In this document: in pieces, positions 1-10,976 of the stretch | How the letters are laid out: each line of letters starts with the position of its first letter | How positions within the stretch are numbered: position 1 is the stretch's first letter | NCBI RefSeq assembly: GCF_036365525.1 | Contig: NC_090395.1 | Location: 65,497,326-65,561,325 of the forward strand | Origin: Heterodontus francisci | Lineage: Eukaryota | DNA: 64,000 nt | Reading direction: 5' to 3' | The notes under the pieces: generated by a model | Told to the model about the DNA's origin: nothing | Databases searched by the model: none | Seen by the model: the letters and a program-made list of their open reading frames with translations, nothing else | Position numbers and translations under genes: made by a program

Positions 1-379
1 AAAGACACTAGATAAATGCAAGTTTCTGTTGTTGTTTGAGAACAGCATTTGTTCAACATGATAGTTGTATTGACATAGTTATGGTTGTGCATATTTTTAT
101 TACTTTTTATGATTGTAAAATTTACAGTATAACAAGCTTTGTATCAACACCAGTGAATATATAACTACAGTAAAATGTAATCAGTTTCAATTTGAATGTA
201 AATACTCAAATTATACATACGTTCAAAATGGTTCTATGGGAAACGAGCTGCACCTATTTGATACAAAGGATTGTCCAGCAACAATGAATTATGATGCACT
301 CATTTAAAAACAATGACAATAATTTACACAGAATTACTTGAATATACAGCACAGAAACAGATCACTTAGTCTAACTTAA

Positions 380-1855
380 ATAAAAGCTAAATACTGCGGA
401 TGCTAGATATCTGAAATAAAAACAAGAAATGCTGGAACCACTCAGCAGGTCTGGCAGCATCTGTGGAGAGAGAAGCAGAGTTAATGGTTCAGGTCAGTGA
501 CCCTTCTTCAGAACTGGCAAATATTAGAAATGTGAAAGGTTATAAGCAAGTAAAGCGGGGGTCGGGCAAGAGATAACAAAGGAGAAGGTGTAGATAGGAC
601 AAGGTCACAGACAATAACTGACCAGAAGGTCATGGAGCAAAGGCAAACAATATGTTAATGGTGTGTTGAAAGACAAAGCATTAGTACAGATAGGGTGTTA
701 ACCGACTGAAAACTGAACAGCCGCAAGTACAAACATGAAAAATCAGTGGGTAGGCAAACTGAACAAACTAAGATAAAATAAAATAAACACAAAAAAAAGA
801 AAAAAGAAAAAAAATAACTGAAAATAAAAGTAAAAAGGGGGACTGGTCATGCTCTGAAATTATTGAACTCAATGTTCAGTCCGGCAGGCTGTAGTGTGCC
901 TAATCGGTAAATGAGATGCTGTTCCTCGAGCTTGCGTTGATGTTCACTGGAACACTGCAGCAATCCCAGGACAGAGATGTGAGCATGAGATCAGAGGGGG
1001 TGTGTTGAAATGGCAAGCAACCGGAAGCTCGGGGTCATGCTTTCGGATTGAGCCGAGGTGTTCCGCAAAGCGATCACCCAGTCTGTGTTTGGTCTCCCCA
1101 GTGTAGAGGAGACCACATTGTGAGCAGTGAATACAGTATATTACATTGAAAGAAGTACAATTAAATCACTGCTTCACCTGAAATGAGTGTTTGGGGCCTG
1201 GGATAGTGAGGAAAGAGGAGGTGAATGGGCAGGTATTACACCTCCTGTGCTTGCATGGGAAGGTGAGGTGGGAAGGGGATGAGGTAGTGGGGGTAATGGA
1301 GGAGTGGACCAGGGTGTCGCGGAGAGAACAATCCCTTCGGAATGCTGACAGGGGAAGGAAGGGGAAGCTGCATTTGGTAGTGGCATCCAGCTGGAGGTAG
1401 CGGAAATGGCGGAGGATGATCTTTGGAGATGGAGGCTGATGGGGTGGAAAGTGAGGACAAGGGGAACCCTGTCGCTGTTCTGGGAGGGAGCGGAAGGGGT
1501 GAGGGTAGAGGTGTCGGAAACGGGCCAGACACGGTTGAGGGCCCTGTCAACTACAGTGGGGGGGAATCCTCGGTTGAGGAAAAAGGAAGACATATCAGAA
1601 GCGCTGTCATGGAAAGTAGCATCATCAGAGCAGATGCGTCGGAGACGGAGAAACTGGGAGAATGGAATGGAGTCCTTACAGGAGGCAGGGTGTGAAGAGT
1701 TGTAGTTGAGGTAGCTGTGGGAGTCGGTGGGCTTATAATGGATATTGGTAGACAACCTATCCCCAGAGATGGAGACAGAGAAGTCGAGGAAGAGAAGGGA
1801 AGTGTTGGGGATGGACCATGTAAAGGTGAGAGAAGGGTGGAAATTAGAAGCAATC
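380..1855 (-). mobile_element. Penelope-like retroelement, 3' part
   Basis: YKPTDSHSYL..SSHP..CKDSIPFSQFLRLRRICSDD (PLE RT C-terminus), then GIY-YIG region and terminal repeat shared with 29113 and 32303. Confidence 0.85.
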
Positions 1856-1949
1856 CAATTTGCTTAGTTTCACTAATTGCTTAGTTTAACTAATCGCTTA
1901 GTTTAACTAGTCTGCGCTGGTTTTTATATGTCACATGAGACTACCCCCA

Positions 1950-3900
1950 TTCTATCTCCCTCATCTTAGCCTTTCAGCATATCTCTTTATTCCCCTTTCT
2001 CTTGTACGCATTTAGTTTCCTTTTGAAAGCAGCTAAGCTATTTCCATCAATCAATTCCAACAATAACAAGTTCCACATTCTAATCATTCTCTGATTAAAG
2101 ACATTTCGCCTTATTTTCCTATTTCATTTATTAGTAACTATCTGTTATTTATGGTTTCCAGTTTTGTATCCTCCCACAAATAGAAACATTTTCTTCACAT
2201 CTAACCATTCAGAATTTTAAATAACCTTTATTCTCTTTATGACGAAAAATGACCCAAACTGTCAAATCTTTTCCGATAACTGTAATGTCTCAGTTCTAGT
2301 AACACCCTTGTAAATCTTGTTTGTACATTGTCAAGTGCTTGCTTCTATATCATTTTAATCATATGGACAGTAGAGCTGTGCACTGTGCTCTAATTGTGGC
2401 CAAACCAGGGTCCTATACAGGTTTAACATAACTTCACTACTTTTGAATTGGATACTCCGAGAATTAAATCTCAGTGCTTCTTAATATTTTTAATTGCTTT
2501 GTTGACCTGAAATGCTGCTTTTAATGATTTGTTAGCCTAAATCCCTGGATGTCTTTGCTCTTCTACCCCATTCAGATTCTTATTTTCTAAGGTGTAGGTG
2601 ATGTTTCTGTTTTTTGGACCAAAGTGCATCACCTCATATTTATCTGTTAAAGTTAATTTGTCACTTAAATGCCCAGTCTGCAAGTTTCTAATCTCTTCTC
2701 GTATTATGTTGTATTCTTCCTCAGTGTTAGCTATGCCCCCATCTGCAAATTTTGATATTGAGTTACTTATTCCTAAGTCCATATGATTAATATAAATTAT
2801 AAATAGCAGTCATTCCAGCACCGATCCTTGTGAAACACCACTTTCTATCTGCCTTCAATATGAATAACTTTCTTTCCCCCTCCTCACTGCTTTCTCTTTT
2901 TTATCCAGTTTGCTGTCCATTCCGCTGTTTGTCCCAAGCCAAATTAGGTGTTAGGTGTCCTAACCATTGTCGTGAGACTAATCAATTTTTTTTTTTAAAT
3001 CAAGGTATGTGACATCTACTACATAACCCTTGTCTACACTGTTACTACTTCAAAGAATTCTATCAGGTTAGTTCAGTATGATTTAGCCTTTTAGAATCCA
3101 CGCTATTTCTTCTATCACTTCTTTTAGTATAGATTCCAGTATATTTTCTTTTACTGATGTTAAGCTGACTAGTAAATAGGTTTTGTTCTATCTCAATTTT
3201 TGTATATAGAAATAACATTAGCTATCCAGCAGTCTTACTACCCTATCTTCTATTGAACTTTTAATATCTCTGCTATCTCCTCCCTAGTTTCTTTGAGTAT
3301 GTGTGGGTGCACACCATTTGGACCTGGAGTATTATCCTCATATAGTTTTGCTACTTTATCAATTATTTTCTTCTTTTCTATCCCAACTGCATTAATATTC
3401 TTTTTAAGCTCTTCCTCTAGTGGAGTGTCTATTTCATTTGCATCTTTTGCAAAAACCGAGGCAAAGTAGATATTCAATATTTCTGGCATTTCTTTATCAT
3501 TATTGGATTTACACCAGCTCTGCTGTGTGACTCCTGCAGACAGGGGGCGAGAATCTTTTCGGAAGCTGCTCCACTGGCTCCTCATTAATAAAACAGACAC
3601 AGGCATTAATCTCACTTCCATTCATGGCAAATAATAGAACTTATTGTTGGGAGTAAACTTGAGAAATATCTGCAGAATGGTAACCTAGTAAACAGTAACA
3701 GATTCGGCAGTGGAAGATATTGCCTGACCAACCTTCATGACTTCTTTGAGGAAGTAACATCCCCAGTGGACTCTGGAAAGCCTTATGATTTTCAAAAGAC
3801 ATTTGCCAAAGTCTCTGAAGAAAAGCAATTTAGTTTGCCCAAAGCTCTGTGCATACAGGACGAACCCTGCGAATTACTATGAAACTGTCTGAACGGTAAC
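1950..3900. mobile_element. Old, degraded CR1 LINE fragments in both orientations
   Basis: ISKFAD.., KYEVMHFG, LNIYFASVF..PGPNGVHP remnants. Confidence 0.75.
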
Positions 3901-4167
3901 ATGAGATGAATGTTCATTCGAAAAGAGAAAGAAGAATTTGTATTTTATTTCGCACCTTTCATGTCCACAGGACACCCCAAAGCAGTTCATAACAGTAGCT
4001 TTAAAATGTGGCCGCTGTTTCTATGTAGCGAGATGTGGCAGCAAATCATCATGCAGCAAGGTCCCACAAACAAACATTAGATGAATGAACAGATAATCTA
4101 TTTAAATGATGTTGGTTGAGGGATAAATATTGGCTAGGCCATAGGGAAAACTCTTTGAATAGTACAA

Positions 4168-5829
4168 TGAGGGGTGTCCAAACTTTTTACGTGAGGGGCC
4201 ACATTACAATTTTCATCCTACATAGGGGGTTGGTGAGCAAATTTCAGGAAGATAAAGGCATTATGAATTTATCTTATTATTAATCAAAACAATAAAAAAC
4301 GTGCATTTTTGTGAAAAAGCTTTAAATAAGACTAATTTGTTAACTTACTTTCTCATTACCATGCTGAACACTGATTTAGTGAGGTACCTGGCATTGTTTT
4401 TGCTTGCACAAGTAGTCAATGTCTGCCCATGTACTTGATGTAGCAATGTGGAGCATTCTGAATAGATGTCCATCTTTCAGAAGTGATCTTGATCTCTTTC
4501 TCTCCCCTCTCTGTGTCTATCTCTCACACCCTCTCTTTCTCTTCCGTCTCTGCCTGGGACTATTTTCCCCTCTCCCCTCTGTATCTATCTCTCTCCCTCT
4601 CTCTCTCTATTTCTCTCTCCTCTCTGTGTCCATCTCTCTGTCTCTCTCCCCTCACTATCATCCCCCCCCCCCCCTCTATCTCTCTCCTCTCCTTTGTTGC
4701 TCTCCCTGCTCCCAAGGCCGGTGTTGGTTTCCAGCTATACTAAATTTATGGAGACGGCATAGTTTTCTGACAGGCACATGGTGCGGTTAACTGCTGTCAC
4801 TCAGCAGTCACAGGAACTGTTGCAGCTTTTATCAGGAGGGGATGGGAGGTCTGATTATTTGACAGTGTCCTTTCCTCTACCAGCATTGGTAATTGTTGCG
4901 TGGAGCTTGAAAGAGAGGGAATTCTGTCGGTCCTGTCGGCCATGTCCCTCCCCGCAAACGCCCTCCTGAGGTTTCTGCTGGTGCACCGGCCAGACAACGT
5001 TCCTGAAGCTGCAGAGCACTAAGCTGCACTGGGACTCCTGTCTGGTGCTCAAACCTCACCTGATAAAATCAAACAAGACCAGTGCCTTGAACATCGCAAA
5101 GTCTCTTTAGCGCAGGACATGGTTGTGTGGTTTTGTGGGTGTGGGTGGGGTGGGTGCAGGCCGGAGAGGGGGTAAGCAGGGTAGCTAGGGTGCCCCACTA
5201 ATCGGCCGCCCTAAAATAAACATCGATCCTGGAGGTGGTCATTTTCACCATTAAAACGCCCAATGAAACTGCTGGAAATAAAGGTCTGGCCGATCTCTGA
5301 CAGACACCAATCCTCTCTGCTACTTTACCCCTCAATGAACAGGTAGGAATTTTAACTCTTCACGGTTCTGTAGAATACCTGACTCTCTCCCTCTCTCTGT
5401 GTGTTCCTCAGCGCCACTCTGCCCTGCGTCTCTGTCTGTGTGCTGTCCCACTTCCTGCTCTCCCCTTGGCCTTTCTCTCCTTCTTCTGCGCAGCAGCCAT
5501 TCCCATTCACTCGCTCACAGCCTGAACCTCTCATAAACAGCAGGGGTGGCCGATCCCAGTGTGCCTGCTCCACAAACTGCCAATCAACGCTCACACTGCC
5601 TGGGCAGCCCGCTGTCAGTCACAGGTAGTGAACAAAGACAGGCAGGCACCCGCCGTCTGTCAGACGCAGATCCTGCCTACCCCCTCCGCCTGACGTACAC
5701 GTACAGGAGAGCCGTCAATCAAAGCCGAACAAGGGGCAGTCCACTGTCAGTCACAGAGGATTGGCGGGCTGAATGGAAACCTTTGGTGGACCGTATTCTC
5801 GCCCACTGGCCGTATGTTGGACAACCTTG
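4168..5829 (-). mobile_element. Non-autonomous hAT (Charlie/SPIN-like) element inserted in a Deu-type SINE
   Basis: Ends GGGGTGTCCAAAC / GTTGGACAACCTTG; transposase C-terminus DGHLFRMLHIATSSTWADIDYLCKQKQCQVPH* at 4376-4474; SINE halves at ~3930-4167 and ~5830-6035. Confidence 0.7.
4490..4710. repeat. (CT)n-rich low-complexity tract
   Basis: Degenerate CT/TC run. Confidence 0.85.
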
Positions 5830-6349
5830 TTTTACATCCACCTAAGATGTCAGGAGAGGGTCTCAGTTTAATGCCTCAGGCAAAAGACAGCAGTGCCAAC
5901 AGTGCAGCACTCCCTCAGTACTGCACTGAAGTGGCAGCCTGGATTATGTGATCAACTCTTTGAGCAAACCCATGACTTTCTGACGTACTGACAAGGGTTT
6001 GATGCCTAGCCAAAGTTGGCCCCTTAGAGCCACTATGTCATGGTGGGCTGGATGGGTGGGAGGACAAGTATGGGTACTGAATCTGTTGCCACGTGGCTTG
6101 GTATTGAGACCACGATTATTTCTCATTTATATAAATGACCTGGATTCAGAAATTCAATGTAAATTAATTATATTTTCTCGTGATACCAAACTGGAGGAGA
6201 GGTGGAATTGGAGGGAACAACTCAGAACTTACAAGAAGAGTTGAACAGAATAAGAATGTGGGCAGCTCATGATAGAAGAAATTCAATGCAACTGAAATGC
6301 AAAATAAGAAGGAAAAGTAAGCAAAACATGCACCACATGAATGGTTTTC

Positions 6350-6667
6350 CTAACAAGTAACGTTGGCATAAATTGCCATTCCAGATTTCTGAGCAGCACC
6401 AAGTGATGGAGTTTCTTGATTGTCCTTTGGGGGCCGGCTTTGAATGTTGAAACCACTGTAGATGACACTGTCCTCATTGTTAACTGACCGCTTTGCCACC
6501 TCACCCCTCCTTGCTGATGATTTCTTTTGAAATTGCACTGCTGCATATGTGATTCCATTTTCATCATTATTCAACTGGGCCGCTCCCTCACTATGTGTTT
6601 CTGCTGAGCCACTTCGATTGTGGTTTACACTTGCGTATAGAATGGTCTCTTCCACTGCTGCCAATTG
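6350..6667 (-). CDS. Receptor gene A exon 7: ITIM-bearing cytoplasmic tail
   Basis: Long polypyrimidine tract + tag acceptor; QLAAVEETILYASV..ITYAAV..VIYSGF..AIYANVTC*; the 7 exons sum to 1254 nt (417 aa + stop). Confidence 0.9.
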   Translation of the reverse strand, partial: QLAAVEETILYASVNHNRSGSAETHSEGAAQLNNDENGITYAAVQFQKKSSARRGEVAKRSVNNEDSVIYSGFNIQSRPPKDNQETPSLGAAQKSGMAIYANVTC

Positions 6668-7527
6668 CTAAAATAAAAAAAAAATGAGATCTGATTTATT
6701 TCCAATTAACTTGAATGGTAATTTATGCTGTTATGAGGAGAAATATATTTCTCAATTATTATAAATCAGTTTACAAAGTATAACAAAGTATTAAAAATTA
6801 TTTACAGCACAGAAGAGTCAATTCAGACCAATTGGTCGGTGACAGTGTTATTCTCCTCACCAGCCTCCTCCCACCCCTCCCCACTTATCCTTCATCCTTT
6901 TTTCCTTCATGTGCTTATCTAGCTTTCCCATATATGCAACAAAGCTATTTGATTCAACCACTCCCTATGGAAGGAATGGGGAATTCAGGAGAAACTTCTG
7001 TACCCAGGGAATGGTCAGAATGTGGAACTTACTACCAAAGGGAGTAGTTGAGACAAATACCATAAATCCATTCATGGAGAAGCCACACCACCAGCTTTGT
7101 GCTGAGTTGTAACCACTAGAACTTTACAATACCTCAACAAGATCAAGACGACAAACACCCAGGTCTACAGCTTTAATAAGACTTTCCTCCTGAGAAGATT
7201 CAACAGGTTTATGGCTACCCACGAACATTTACCTCATGTTGGACTTTAAGCTATATCCTCCTCTTTTCTCTCTATCTATCTATTCCTGTTTATGTGCGTG
7301 TAGGTGAATGTGTGAGGTTGTGACCATTTCGGGAATTGTGGAGAAAGGAAATAGTTTTTTTTTAACCTATGTGAAAACCTGTCGTTTTTCTGTTTATTTG
7401 ACCAGAAAAACACTCAGAGGCAAACTCACCATTTCAACAAAACACAACTGCGTTCAGTTGGAAGATGAACAATGAGAACTCCCTTCCATCTGTCGGCAAC
7501 AAGAGAACTCATATTTTATATCCTTAC

Positions 7528-7580
7528 CTGATTATCATTAAGAGTCTTGTCTCTTCCATGACATATAATGCAGTTTGTAT
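7528..7580 (-). CDS. Receptor gene A exon 6: membrane-proximal cytoplasmic
   Basis: DTNCIICHGRDKTLNDNQ; acceptor ttttttcag, donor CAG|GTAAGG; 53 nt, phase 1-0, bridges exons 5 and 7 in frame. Confidence 0.8.
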
Positions 7581-8114
7581 CTGAAAAAATTACAATATTA
7601 CTGTTGAAAGAGCTGTAACAGAAATTGTTAATATGTTTGAAAGGTCTAAATTGAGTGTGTGTTGCAGCGTTCATATTCTTACATTGATCTCCATTTATGT
7701 GAACTTCATCTGCATTGCACTCATGATTCCCAACATAGAGTGAAAAATTGCTCTGGTTATTACACATCATATTCAGAAAGAGTGGAGGTAATTTTCACCC
7801 TCACTGTCTGATGGACCAGATCACCTGCCTGTTGGAGGACCCACCTGATATTCATCCCCCTGACGAGGCGCTCTGTCAGATTATTGCTCAAGACTTGAAG
7901 GTGAAAATTAACTTTCATGTGTTTAGGGTTTTGTGACAGAAAGTCCAATCAATTCTATCCGGAAAATGACCTCCTGATCTATAGTGCTATCATTGGGAGG
8001 TCAAACAATTCATCACAGGGAGAAATCAGATGCGAGCCTGATTTTGATTCACTCAAATCCTATTCACTAACACAAAGTTAAAATGGGGCCTACTTAGTGT
8101 CTGTGGACACCACT

Positions 8115-8822
8115 GGGCTGGAGTTTACAGCCCTCTGACATCGGGGGTTGTGGAGGGGGGTGCCGGAAAATGTCTGTGGGAGAGGCGACGGGAGCAGCAT
8201 TAACACAGTCAAAAAAATGCAAATGAATGAATTAAATACTTACCTGCTGCCGCCATATTGGTGGCAGTGGCCGGCCCTGCTACACCTTTGGATCTCCATA
8301 TGGAGATCCGATGTGGGATACTGGTGAGGAGGGGGCAGCGGGTAAGTATTTCAGAGCGGGAGGAGGGAGCGGGGTCAAACTATTCTGATTGGTGGAGGGG
8401 ATGGTAGGAAAGGTTGAAGTTAATAGTTAATGAACTTTGTGGGGGAGGAAGATCAGATACACAGGGTAAGTATTTTGGGGGGGTGAGAGGGCAAGGAATG
8501 AACTAAACGGATATGGCGGGGGGGGCGCTGTGGGAGAGGGGATAGAAACATTTCGTTAAGTTTTTAAATTAAATCTAAAATGCCTATTCCTTTAAGTAGT
8601 TAAATAAAATGTAAAGGCTGGAAGCACTTTAAAAATGGCATTGGCGCCTGCGCAGTGGCGCTGAATGTCATTGCCGGGTACTGACCACCTGACCCCTCTA
8701 CGAGATTGGGGGGAGGGGGGGGGGGGTGTGCTGCGGTCCGCCCGGCCATTTAAATGAGCCTCCATGTTTAATATCATGATGGCTCCGTGCTGAATTGGCA
8801 GCGGCAATGTAAAATCCAGGCC
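8115..8822. mobile_element. GC-rich MITE, PIF/Harbinger-like
   Basis: TIRs GGGCTGGAGTTTAC / GTAAAATCCAGGCC, 3-bp TSD ACT. Confidence 0.7.
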
Positions 8823-9500
8823 ACTGTGTGATTTGGAGGCAGGGCAGGACAAGTTTATTAGACAGCAAACAAAATCTATTTGCCCAGCAAACAGCAAAGC
8901 AAATAAAATCTATTTACTCAGCAGGGTCTATTTAACCAGTGTACAATGGCAAGCAGCCCACAGAGTGTATTTCAAAAGAGTCTCGACAAACTAGAGGAAA
9001 CAGAACTCATGTCAAAAACTATGGAAAATTGCCCCGATAAAAATAACTTGATTTCTCCAGTAAAATGCAATGTGGAAGATAGTTACATATGAATTATGCC
9101 CATAAGATTTTGTACTGTGGTCTCAAGTCATGATTGATAGTCTATTATCCAATCATCCCCATGGTCGGGAATAGTTGCTTCTTTATAAGCAGGCAGGAAA
9201 ATCAGAGAGGTTGTTGCCTCTACAACCTCAGGACCATATTAACAGCAGAAAACTCACCTATCTTGGTTCATGAATAGCGTTTTGTCCCAGAGAACTATGA
9301 CTGTTTGTAGAACTCTTTGCTGGACCAATCGAAAACTAATACTTTACTTGCTCTTCAATGCTCATTATCCCAATTTTCCCTTAAAAAAATCCAATGGTTT
9401 CTACCACTCTATGTGAGAAAGAATTCCATGCCCCATTGACTGAAGAAAGAAACTTCTCTCCTTACTCGTCACTGTCATGGTAACAATTTTAAATTGATGA

Positions 9501-9845
9501 CCCTATATATTTGGGCTGTTTAAAATAACTTGCCTTTCATTGCAGCAGCTTATTCGGGAGCAGAGAGTGCGAGCGAGTGATCAGCTGGGAAGGTCAGTTT
9601 CAAAGTAAACTTAATTTCCTTTTGTTTTCGGCGGAGACCAGGGGGCTGCTGGGGAAGTAAAACCCTATATATTTGGGCTGTTTAAAATAACTTTCCTTTC
9701 ATTGCAGCAGCTTTTTCGGGAGCAGAGAGTGCGAGTGAGTGAGCAGCTGGGAAGGTCAGTTTCAAAGTAAACTTAATTTCCTTTTGTTTTCAGCGGAGAC
9801 AAGGGGGCTGCTGGGTAAGTAAAACCCTATATATTTGGGCTGTTT
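9501..9845 (+). repeat. 162-bp tandem repeat in the CR1 5'UTR (about 2.1 copies)
   Basis: ccctatatatttgggctgttt starts at 9501, 9663 and 9825. Confidence 0.9.
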
Positions 9846-10028
9846 CTGAACCCGAGACACTACTCTTGTAGTGTCTCCCACCCGCCCTCCTCCTCCAACC
9901 AAAAAAAAAGGACTCGGTGGTGTGTAGATAAGGTAAGGCTTTTTCTATTTCTCTTTTTGTTTTATCATGTGATTGGTAAAAACTTTTCGTTCCTTTTTCA
10001 TTTAACTAAGTTAAGCTTAAGATTAAAA

Positions 10029-10976
10029 ATGGCAGGAGATCTCGGACACGTGTCATGCTCCTCTTGCTCAATGTGGGAGCTCAGGGACACAGCTGATGTC
10101 CTTGACTCCTTCACGTGCAGGAAGTGTGTCCAGCTGCAGCTCTTGTTAGACCGCATGACGGCTCTCGAGCTGCGGATGGACTCACTTTGGAGCATCCGCG
10201 ATGCTGAGGAGGTCGTGGATAGCACGTTTAGCGAATTGGTCACACCGCAGATTAGGATTGCTGAGGGAGAAAGGGAATGGGTGACCAACAGGCAGAGAAA
10301 GAGCAGGAAGGCCGCGCAGGAGTCCCCTGCGGTCATCTCCCTCCAAAACAAGTATACCGTTTTGGATACTGTTGAGGGAGATGGCTCACCAGGGGAAGGC
10401 AGCAGTAGCCAGGTTCATGGCACCGTGGCTGGCTCTGCTGTTCAGAAGGGCGGAAAAAAGAGTGGAAGGGCTATAGTCATAGGGGATCCGATTGTAAGGG
10501 GAGTAGATAGGCGGTTCTGTGGTCGAAAACGAGACTCCCGAATGGTATGTTGCCTCCCAGGTGCACGGGTCAGGGATGTCTCAGATCGGCTGCAGAACAT
10601 TCTGAAGGGGGAGGGTGAACAGCCAGTTGTCATTGTGCACATAGGCACCAATGATGTAGGTAAAAAACGGGATGAGGTCCTACAAGCAGAGTTTAGGGAG
10701 TTAGGAGCCAAGTTAAAAAGTAGGACTTCAGAGGTAGTAACCTCAGGATTGCTACCAGTGCCACGTGATAGTCAGAGTAGAAATGAAAGAATAGTCAGGA
10801 TGAATGCGTGGCTTGAGAGATGGTGCAGGAAGGAGGGGTTCAGATTTTTGGGACATTGGGACCGGTTCTGGGGGAGGTGGGACTATTACAAATTGGACAG
10901 TCTACACCTGGGCCGGACTGGAACCAATGTCCTTGGGGGTGCTTTTGCTAACGCTGTTGGGGAGGGTTTAAACTAA
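10029..10976 (+). CDS. CR1 ORF1p (Cys motif/coiled coil + SGNH esterase-like domain)
   Basis: CSSCSM..CRKC, VIGD.IVR, HIGTND, LHL motifs; open frame. Confidence 0.85.
   Translation: MAGDLGHVSCSSCSMWELRDTADVLDSFTCRKCVQLQLLLDRMTALELRMDSLWSIRDAEEVVDSTFSELVTPQIRIAEGEREWVTNRQRKSRKAAQESPAVISLQNKYTVLDTVEGDGSPGEGSSSQVHGTVAGSAVQKGGKKSGRAIVIGDPIVRGVDRRFCGRKRDSRMVCCLPGARVRDVSDRLQNILKGEGEQPVVIVHIGTNDVGKKRDEVLQAEFRELGAKLKSRTSEVVTSGLLPVPRDSQSRNERIVRMNAWLERWCRKEGFRFLGHWDRFWGRWDYYKLDSLHLGRTGTNVLGGAFANAVGEGLN

Noticed and set aside
9258-9300. Possible extra gene A exon (cag..AG|GTGAGT)
   Set aside because: 43 nt would shift the frame; exons 5-6-7 already join in phase
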